Positions 18,953 to 25,647 of a DNA stretch of 43,191 nt are shown here, piece after piece. This DNA is from Candidatus Marsarchaeota archaeon. GTDB taxonomy: Archaea; Micrarchaeota; Micrarchaeia; Micrarchaeales; CABMGC01. The notes beneath the pieces are model-generated. The model was not told the origin of the DNA. It saw only the letters and a list, made by a program, of their open reading frames with translations, and did no database searches. The stretch lies in assembly GCA_023379055.1 (NCBI GenBank), contig JAMCSX010000017.1, positions 101,868-145,058 of the forward strand. The letters run 5' to 3'. The position numbers were made by a program, and so were the translations under genes. How positions within the stretch are numbered: the stretch's first letter is position 1; the number at the start of each line of letters is the position of its first letter.

Positions 18953-19063
18953 ACGGGACTTACAAAGGAGGTATATGCAACGCAGAGGGCATATGATCTT
19001 GTAATGGAAGGCACGTCTTTCAGGGATGCATGCAAGGAGATCTCCAGGAGATATGTGCAGTGA
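18953..19063 (+). pseudogene. Relic second copy of the argH 3' end (37 codons)
   Basis: It reads TGLTKEVYATQRAYDLVMEGTSFRDACKEISRRYVQ*. The functional argH end (17821-17934) reads [37 protein letters not shown]. The frame is closed immediately upstream by TGA TAA (18947-18952). Confidence 0.7.
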
Positions 19064-19183
19064 ATAGCCCAGACGGAACAGATTATGCGTATTTTGCAGC
19101 AAATATCACACAAGGTTTGGACCCATGCATGCAAGTGCAGCCCTCTTCTCCCGGTCAACTACTGTATTTTGCTGCGCAGGCAT

Positions 19184-20224
19184 TCAGCAGAGCGTGGAGT
19201 TTGCATAGCATATTGCCTGTTGCGCGGTCTCGGGAATGGAAAGATACTGGCAATCCGTTACCACTGAAGATGAGGATGTGATATTGTAGTATTTTGCAAC
19301 AACTACCTGGTTGTTTATCACCTCCTGCGACGATGAGATGCACGATGCCAGAGAAGGCATATTGAATCCTGACTGCTCCGCGATGCCTTTTATTATATAA
19401 GCTGGCATGTACGTGCCAGAGTATGAGGCATTTACGGAGTGTATGAATCCTGAGAAATTCTTCTGGTTTTCGCCGCACAGTAGGTACTTTTCAAGTGCTA
19501 GCGTATTGTTTAGACCGTAGGTATTTGCCACTGCAGACGAGTACTGCGTGAACAGCGGCTTTATTGTTATATTGATCCTGCCGCCAAACCTGTTTTGGAG
19601 GTTTTCAGCGGTGACTAATGACGGAATGCCCCCTGGCGCATAAGGATCAACAAACCAATATACCTGTAATGGCTTGCCGAAGCTGCAGCTTGTCTGATGT
19701 GCTATTTTTATCACACCCGGTGATATCACATAGTCCTGTCCAACAGACGGAGGAGTTATGCCCTGCGAGAATACGCCCGCAAGGCTCAGATTTGAATCCC
19801 TTACCATGAATGAATATAGATATGACTTAGATTTGTTTGCAGGCAATGCGTACGGGAATGTAACATACCACTCCTTAAGCGATGGAACATAGGATATGTT
19901 CATATCCGACACGTTAGATATGAAAGGGAGCAGGGATATCGAACTGTTGAGGTCGGAAAATCCTGCAAGCACCCTCTCCGCATATAGCCTTACCTGGCTG
20001 GCATTATGTATTGTATTTGTGATAGCAGGCGTCATTGCAGCAGTGCCATTTGTAGTGGCATTAATCACTGTGATTTTGGTGTTATATGACATCACTACAA
20101 GCAGAAGTATGAGTATCACTACAAGTATCATCAGTGCAATGTGGATGTTGTCCAGCCCACCGAACCTTGATACAGGTTTTACAAGTATGCTGGGTTCACT
20201 TATGTTCTTGCTGAGCCTTGTCAT
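19184..20224 (-). CDS. Membrane-anchored extracellular glycoprotein with a degenerate DsbA/thioredoxin-like domain
   Basis: It has one N-terminal TM helix (IALMILVVILILLLVVM) and about 15 N-x-S/T sequons. FVDPYAPGG sits where DsbA-like proteins have F-x-D-P-x-C-P-x-C. The fold assignment is by eye only. Confidence 0.45.
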   Translation of the reverse strand: MTRLSKNISEPSILVKPVSRFGGLDNIHIALMILVVILILLLVVMSYNTKITVINATTNGTAAMTPAITNTIHNASQVRLYAERVLAGFSDLNSSISLLPFISNVSDMNISYVPSLKEWYVTFPYALPANKSKSYLYSFMVRDSNLSLAGVFSQGITPPSVGQDYVISPGVIKIAHQTSCSFGKPLQVYWFVDPYAPGGIPSLVTAENLQNRFGGRINITIKPLFTQYSSAVANTYGLNNTLALEKYLLCGENQKNFSGFIHSVNASYSGTYMPAYIIKGIAEQSGFNMPSLASCISSSQEVINNQVVVAKYYNITSSSSVVTDCQYLSIPETAQQAICYANSTLC

Positions 20225-20377
20225 TTATGCACCTGTACAGCAATCATGCAGCAAAAAGATATAAAAATAGACCTATCGCTTTTCCTTTAGGACACTACTA
20301 TATTGATTTCTCCGGCCTAGCTCCGACCTAGCGGCAAGAGCCGCAAGGCCAGAATAATATTTTCGGTTAATCATTTA

Positions 20378-20578
20378 TCACCATTCATCTTTTAATACTT
20401 TCAATTCGTATAATGTATTCTGCAGAGAAGAAACATCAATAATATTTCCAGGCAGAAGCCTGAAAAATAACGGCAGATGTTCGTCCCTATCTACAGCAAG
20501 AAGAAATCTTACTTGCTTGTCAATCTCTTCTCCGCCCCCTGCTCCTCTAGCAGTCATAGCTTTTTTGGCATGGACCAT
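20378..20578 (-). mobile_element. Internal fragment of a DDE transposase (IS4/IS1634-like), IS remnant
   Basis: The 66-aa ORF ...KQVRFLLAVDRDEHLPLFFRLLPGNIIDVSSLQNTLYELKVL resembles the conserved xQVxLxLLVDxxGxPLxxxxxPGNxxDxxTL block of IS4-superfamily transposases. No intact flanking ORF or inverted repeats were seen. Confidence 0.55.
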
Positions 20579-20673
20579 CTCAAACAGACAACGGACCCAT
20601 TAGCGCCGTCGGTTTCAGGGTTTAGCAAGCCCATTACCTTATCTGCCACATGCCATAGCTCGTTACCTAGCAG

Positions 20674-20748
20674 CGGGCATGACGGGATTTGAACCCGCAA
20701 CTTACGGCTCCGCAAGCCGCTGTGCTGTCCAAGTTACACCACATGCCC
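20674..20748 (-). tRNA. tRNA-Arg (anticodon GCG)
   Basis: The reverse complement folds with acceptor GGGCATG/CATGCCC and anticodon stem GCGGC/GCCGT. The loop is TTGCGGA (U33, GCG, G37), the T arm is GCGGG-TTCAAAT-CCCGT and the discriminator is G. No CCA is encoded. Confidence 0.85.
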
Positions 20749-20772
20749 ACAAAATACTTTATATAGGTTTCT

Positions 20773-20782
20773 CTTTATAAAG
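20773..20782. promoter_or_regulatory. Palindromic TATA-like box CTTTATAAAG shared by divergent tRNA-Arg(GCG) and the Zn-ribbon/aEF-1beta operon
   Basis: Its centre lies about 30 nt from the tRNA 5' end (20748) and about 31 nt from the ATG at 20809. That spacing is typical of archaeal TATA-to-start distances. Confidence 0.45.
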
Positions 20783-20808
20783 ACTAGTAATTATATTAAC
20801 GTGAGCCG

Positions 20809-20976
20809 ATGTCAGAACTTCGTGGCAAAATTTGCTCTTCATGCGGCAGGCTTAGCGGGCAGTATGTGGAATTCAAGTGCCCAAAATGCCTGGAAGAGAT
20901 AATAATACGCTGTTATGGATGCAGGGAGAAGCATACTACATACAGATGCCTAAAATGTGGAACGGAGGGTCCTTGA
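20809..20976 (+). CDS. Zn-ribbon protein (COG2888-like, 55 aa), usual upstream partner of aEF-1beta
   Basis: My translation is MSELRGKICSSCGRLSGQYVEFKCPKCLEEIIIRCYGCREKHTTYRCLKCGTEGP, with four CxxC pairs. Its stop overlaps the next start (TGATG). It falls below the ORF-track cutoff. Confidence 0.7.
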   Translation: MSELRGKICSSCGRLSGQYVEFKCPKCLEEIIIRCYGCREKHTTYRCLKCGTEGP

Positions 20977-21215
20977 TGGGAAAGGTTGCCACCCTTTTTA
21001 AGGTATATGCTGACAATGCAGACACCGTAAGTCAGCTAATAGTGAGCACCCTTAAGCCGACGAGCGTGCAGGTCGAGGAGATAGGATTCGGGATAAAGGT
21101 TATAAAAGTCATGTTTGTACATGAGGATAATGAAGGAAGCACGAAATATGAGGAGGGACTGAGGAAGATAGCCGGAGTAAGGGACGTCGAAGTAGCAGAA
21201 GAAAGCCTCCTCTAA
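20976..21215 (+). CDS. ef1b: Translation elongation factor aEF-1 beta
   Basis: MGKVATLFKVYADNADTV...VEEIGFGIKVIKVMFVHEDNEGSTKYEEGLRKIAGVRDVEVAEESLL has the length (about 79 aa) and pattern typical of archaeal EF-1beta. The ORF 20877 opens in the upstream gene. Confidence 0.8.
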   Translation: MGKVATLFKVYADNADTVSQLIVSTLKPTSVQVEEIGFGIKVIKVMFVHEDNEGSTKYEEGLRKIAGVRDVEVAEESLL

Positions 21216-21274
21216 ATAAATAATATGCTGTTCCTAAGATAGACTGGCAGACAAAGCCGCTTACCTGTGGTTCT

Positions 21275-23581
21275 GTGATAAAGTCAATAGAGCTTAGGAA
21301 CTGGAAAACACACAAAGATACCACGCTTGAGTTTGCAAGTGGCACAAACATACTTATAGGCCAGATGGGGTCTGGAAAAAGCTCGATAATGGATGCAATA
21401 TCCTTTTCATTGTTTGGAGTATTCCCTGCAATACAGCACAGGCGAGTAAACATAAGCAAACTCATACGCAACAAGCCGGGCCAGGAGCGCAGCGCGTATG
21501 TGAGGCTTGTAATGTCGCTTGATGGCAATGAGTACAGAATAACACGCGAACTGAGCCTTGACGGAAAATCTACCGCGACGATAGAGCGGAACGGAGAGTA
21601 CCTACAGTCCCAGCCGCAGAGAGTCAGTGAGGAGATAGCGCGCATACTCAAGGTTGATTATGACATGTTCTCAAGGGTGGTGTACTCAGAACAGAACGGA
21701 CTTGATTATTTCCTTAACTTGCGCTCATCAGACAGAAAGAAGCAGATAGACGGATTGCTCGGCCTTGATCGGTTCGCAATTGCGCAGGACAATTCAACCA
21801 CGCTTGTGAACAGGATACATGACATGATAGCGGACAGCGAGAGGATAATCAGGGAATTTAACATCGATAGAGCCAACTCAGAGCTTGATGCAATAAAGAT
21901 TGAAATAGGTAGGCTAAAGGAAGAAAAGGAGACTGCGGAAGCAGGCATTAAGAAACAGTCTGCAGAGAGATCAAGGCTTGAATCTGAATCGGATAGAATG
22001 AAGGCGCAGAATAACCTGCGCAATGCCTTATCAAAAGAGATAGAGGGGATAGGTGCCAGGATGGGTCTGCTGGAGTCAGAGATAGCGAAGATAGATGCGT
22101 CTAAACTTCCGGACAAGGATATTGCAGCCTCTGAGAAGTCGTTGCTGAAGAAGAGGCTCGAGGCACTTAAACTACAGGACAGGGACAATGATGCTGCAAT
22201 GAGCACTGCAGACTCGGATCGGCACAGGATAGAGTCAGAGATATCCGGCATAAAAAGGGATATAGAGAAGAAACTGCGCAAGGAGAAGGAGCTTGGATCA
22301 AATGGGAGGCATCATGTGGAGAAGGAGCTTGCTGAGCTTGACGATGCCATTGACAAAATGTCCGCAGACCTTGCCCATTCAAAGTCCCTGATGTCTGATA
22401 CCGAGGCCCAACTCAAGGAACTGATGGGACATGTTGGTAAATGCCCGGTATGCGAGCGTGATCTTTCACCAGACCTGAAGGAAAAAATAAGTGCATCAAA
22501 GAAGGACCTGATTGCAGAGCATAAACATAAATCCCAGACTCTTGATAAGGATCTTCTGCAAAAGAAGGTAAGACAGAAAGAGCTTAATGCGCTGCTCGCC
22601 TCGCTTGACAAGGTAGAAGAAGATCTTAAGGAATACGCAGGCATAGAGGGCAAGCTTAGATCCCTTGAATCCGAACATGCAAAGGCCGTGGCTGCTTATG
22701 ACAAGTTCAAGGTAGACAAGAGAACCACATCAAAAGGGCTGGCCGATGCCACAGAGAATATGCAGAAGATAGATTCCATGATAGAGATGATAGAGAGGCG
22801 GGAAAGATATGTCTATGAGAGATCAAAGCTCTCCGAATCACTGCTGGAGAAGTCAGGAGAGCTTGATGCCATACACGTCGATGAAAAGATGCTGGACAAA
22901 GTGCAGTCAGAACTCGTGAGAGCAAATGCAGAGATAAGCAGGCACTGCGCCAATCTTGAGTCCGCTACAAAATACCTGAGGGATAAGGAGATCCAGGCCA
23001 GGCAGAAGGAGGCCGAGATAGGTAGGATAAACTCGCTTAACGAGGGCATTGCAAAAAAGAAGCTTCTTGTGGACAACCTATCGAAGTTCAAGTTGTCTCT
23101 TGCAGAAACGCAATCGATGCTTAGGTCGCAGCTCGTCACATCCATCAACGACATAATGTCGGAGATATGGGGACAGCTATATCCCTATGGGGACTACACG
23201 GGCATAATACTTGATGCGTCCGAAGATGACTACGGGCTAATGCTCAGGTCCCTTACAGATGGCAAGCACGTCTGGGAGGATGTGGAATCTGTGGCAAGCG
23301 GGGGGGAGAGAAGCACGGCGTGCCTGGCACTGAGGATTGCGTTCTCGCTTGTTCTCGTGCCTAATCTGAAATGGCTTATACTTGACGAGCCAACCCATAA
23401 CATAGACAGGGAGGGACTTTACAAGTTCGTGCAGATGTTCAGTGAAACGCTCCCTTCAATAATAGACCAAGTGTTTATCGTAACACATGACGACCTGCTC
23501 AAGCAGGTTGCAAATGCGCGCATATACGTGCTGAGCAGAAACAAGAACGAGAACAAAGGGACAGAGATAGCTGTCGCGTAG
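21275..23581 (+). CDS. rad50: Rad50-type SMC-like ATPase with zinc hook
   Basis: N-terminal Walker A GQMGSGKSS, long Lys/Glu-rich coiled coil and a central hook GKCPVCERDL. The C-terminal signature is SGGERSTA and Walker B is LILDEPTHNID. It has a GTG start. Confidence 0.85.
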   Translation: MIKSIELRNWKTHKDTTLEFASGTNILIGQMGSGKSSIMDAISFSLFGVFPAIQHRRVNISKLIRNKPGQERSAYVRLVMSLDGNEYRITRELSLDGKSTATIERNGEYLQSQPQRVSEEIARILKVDYDMFSRVVYSEQNGLDYFLNLRSSDRKKQIDGLLGLDRFAIAQDNSTTLVNRIHDMIADSERIIREFNIDRANSELDAIKIEIGRLKEEKETAEAGIKKQSAERSRLESESDRMKAQNNLRNALSKEIEGIGARMGLLESEIAKIDASKLPDKDIAASEKSLLKKRLEALKLQDRDNDAAMSTADSDRHRIESEISGIKRDIEKKLRKEKELGSNGRHHVEKELAELDDAIDKMSADLAHSKSLMSDTEAQLKELMGHVGKCPVCERDLSPDLKEKISASKKDLIAEHKHKSQTLDKDLLQKKVRQKELNALLASLDKVEEDLKEYAGIEGKLRSLESEHAKAVAAYDKFKVDKRTTSKGLADATENMQKIDSMIEMIERRERYVYERSKLSESLLEKSGELDAIHVDEKMLDKVQSELVRANAEISRHCANLESATKYLRDKEIQARQKEAEIGRINSLNEGIAKKKLLVDNLSKFKLSLAETQSMLRSQLVTSINDIMSEIWGQLYPYGDYTGIILDASEDDYGLMLRSLTDGKHVWEDVESVASGGERSTACLALRIAFSLVLVPNLKWLILDEPTHNIDREGLYKFVQMFSETLPSIIDQVFIVTHDDLLKQVANARIYVLSRNKNENKGTEIAVA

Positions 23582-23811
23582 AGTATCTCTATTGACATGT
23601 CCGGCCTCGACTTTGTGCAATAAATAACCAAAAATCTTACTTTTTACACAGAAATAGCTTGCTTCTTAAAACGTCCTGCCGGGTAGGGTTGTAGCCTCTA
23701 CGAAAGCATTAAAATGCTTGATTGTATTAATATTTATAGGGTTTTAATATAGAGGAATATTACAGTACCTACGAGGAAAAGGCCAAAAAGATACTTGCGG
23801 ATTGCACTTAC

Positions 23812-24228
23812 ATGGTTGTAGGGACAAGCACAAAGGATGGCAACCCTTGGGTTGCCCCTGTCCTATTTGTATATGACAAGGATTATACTATCTACTTCTT
23901 ATCAGCAGTAGATGCCCGCCATTCTAAGAATCTACTTGAAAATGCAAACGTATCAATATCGATCTTTGATTCGGGCCAGAAAATGGGTACGGATAATGGG
24001 ATACAAGCTGTGGGCAAAGTAAGCCTTGTTGAGAAAGAAGAGATAAGGAAAGTCATAACTCTCTATTGCAAAAAGTTATTCCCAGATTCAGAAATGGAAC
24101 CGACAAAGAGATATGTTCCAGAGGAATATCTCGGCGCTTCCGAGTTTAGATTCTTCAGAATAAAGTTGACGGACACCTACGTTACTGGCGAAGACAGGCA
24201 CGTAAAAGTTGAACTTGGAGGCAAATAA
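23812..24228 (+). CDS. Pyridoxamine 5'-phosphate oxidase-like FMN-binding (split-barrel) protein
   Basis: The pattern is GTSTKDGNPWVAPVLFVYDKDYTIYFLSAVDARHSKNLLENANVSISIFD. The upstream in-frame 63 nt also look protein-like but lack a canonical start (see rejected items). Confidence 0.65.
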   Translation: MVVGTSTKDGNPWVAPVLFVYDKDYTIYFLSAVDARHSKNLLENANVSISIFDSGQKMGTDNGIQAVGKVSLVEKEEIRKVITLYCKKLFPDSEMEPTKRYVPEEYLGASEFRFFRIKLTDTYVTGEDRHVKVELGGK

Positions 24229-24231
24229 TCT

Positions 24232-24384
24232 GTGAACGTCTTAGATTCATTCACGCTAAACGGTAAAGTAGGGGTCATTACTGGCGTTTCAAGAGGATTA
24301 GGCGTATCCTTTGCTACTGCTCTTGCAGAAGCGGATACTGTAATATGTGCAAGAAGAGAAGACAAACTCAAAGCGGATGCATAA
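24232..24384 (+). pseudogene. N-terminal stub (50 codons) of a short-chain dehydrogenase/reductase
   Basis: It starts at a GTG and reads VNVLDSFTLNGKVGVITGVSRGLGVSFATALAEADTVICARREDKLKADA*. It contains the SDR TGxxxGxG cofactor motif and then stops where about 200 more residues are expected. Confidence 0.6.
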
Positions 24385-24457
24385 CAAATGCAACGGGCAA
24401 GTCGATACCGTGCTCCCGGAGATGATCCCTCCGCTGCCAGCCGTAATATTGCGGATA

Positions 24458-25498
24458 TTATATAGTCTCTATTCCGAACCTGTCCGGTCTCTCCTCTGTT
24501 CTTCCCAGAACTGACGATCCGCTTACCCCAGTGAATATTGCAATTACTTCCACATTATCGCCAAAGTCCGGATCAAGCCTTGCGCCCCAGATAACATTCG
24601 CGTTTGGTGCGCTCTTTTCAGTAAGCTTGCTGCCTATCTGGTTTGCATCTCCAAGCGTAAGCCCCGGACCTCCGGTTATGTGCAGGAGAACCCCGGTTGC
24701 GTTGGAATAGTCAACGTCAAGAAGCTTGTTCTTTAGCGTGTTTTTAACTACGTCTTCGACCCTGTTCTGTCCATTCGCATTTCCGACGCTTATCATTGCA
24801 AGGCCTCCAGCAGACATTATCGACCTCACATCAGCAAAATCAAGGTTTATCAGGCTTGGTTGCGTTATCGCCTCGGTTATGCCTCTCACTGCCTTTACGG
24901 TTATGTCATCAGCTATGGCAAACGTCTTCTCTATCGGAAGATTCGGATAAAGCTCAACAAGCTTCTGGTTGTCTATGACTATAAGTGTGTCGAGATTCTG
25001 CCTGAGCCTATATATGCCCTTCCTTGCAGTCTCCAATCTTACCCGCTCAAGCGCGAATGGAATGGTTACTATGCCTATCACTATCGAGCCGTTGTCCTTG
25101 AGCACCCTGCCCACTACTGGCGCAGCGCCAGTGCCAGTGCCGCCGCCCATTCCCGCAGTAAGGAATACTAAATTCATGTCTCTTGTAAGGACATCGACTT
25201 CGTTCCTTGAAAGGTCGGCAGCTTTTTCTCCAATCTCAGGATATCCACCAGCTCCAAGCCCATGTGTAAGTGAACCACCGAGCATAAGCTTGGTTATGTT
25301 TGGGTTCATCATGTTGAGTTGCTTTGAATCCGTATTGAACGCGTACAATGCAGCACCATGAACGTCCATTGTGCTCAGTCTTTGTATCGTGTTATTCCCC
25401 CCTCCACCAATTCCGACAACGCCTATCCTCGGCTTGAACAGATCAATATCTCCAGAATCGTTTCCCGTATTTTTATTTCCGTACATTTGTATACCCAT
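24458..25498 (-). CDS. ftsZ: Cell division GTPase FtsZ
   Basis: GVVGIGGGGNN and the tubulin signature GMGGGTGTGAAPVV. The start is taken at ATG 25498 (MGIQMYGNK...), which has an ATATTTAT box about 27 nt upstream. The ORF opens at 25564. Confidence 0.9.
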   Translation of the reverse strand: MGIQMYGNKNTGNDSGDIDLFKPRIGVVGIGGGGNNTIQRLSTMDVHGAALYAFNTDSKQLNMMNPNITKLMLGGSLTHGLGAGGYPEIGEKAADLSRNEVDVLTRDMNLVFLTAGMGGGTGTGAAPVVGRVLKDNGSIVIGIVTIPFALERVRLETARKGIYRLRQNLDTLIVIDNQKLVELYPNLPIEKTFAIADDITVKAVRGITEAITQPSLINLDFADVRSIMSAGGLAMISVGNANGQNRVEDVVKNTLKNKLLDVDYSNATGVLLHITGGPGLTLGDANQIGSKLTEKSAPNANVIWGARLDPDFGDNVEVIAIFTGVSGSSVLGRTEERPDRFGIETI

Positions 25499-25647
25499 CC
25501 CTATCTTGCAGATACCAGAATAAATATCTTTCTGAGGATTTTGGCTAGTCCTTTTACACTGCAAGACCTTCTCTGCACCGAAGTGTATCAGTTCCTGGAC
25601 CCTGCCCGCACCATAATCTTCTTTAATTTGTTAAGCAATCCAATATC

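Noticed and set aside
19785-19800. T-arm-like string CTCAGATTTGAATCCC, checked as a possible additional tRNA or att remnant
   Set aside because: No acceptor or anticodon stems can be folded around it, and it lies inside the 346-aa glycoprotein CDS.
21706-22281. 191-aa minus-strand ORF inside rad50
   Set aside because: It is a Ser/Leu-rich low-complexity product arising as the mirror image of the Glu/Lys-rich coiled-coil codons of Rad50. It is not a gene. The same reasoning applies to 22312..22653 and 22813..23154.
23740-23811. Protein-like in-frame extension upstream of the PNPOx ATG (IEEYYSTYEEKAKKILADCTY). A similar one lies upstream of the GTG at 36564 (IVKIYKSSKGKL), which would require ATA initiation
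   Set aside because: No ATG, GTG or TTG exists between the upstream stop and the annotated start in either case. The ATA codons sit within TATA-like promoter sequence. Non-canonical initiation cannot be supported from sequence alone, so the canonical starts were kept and the possibility is noted here.
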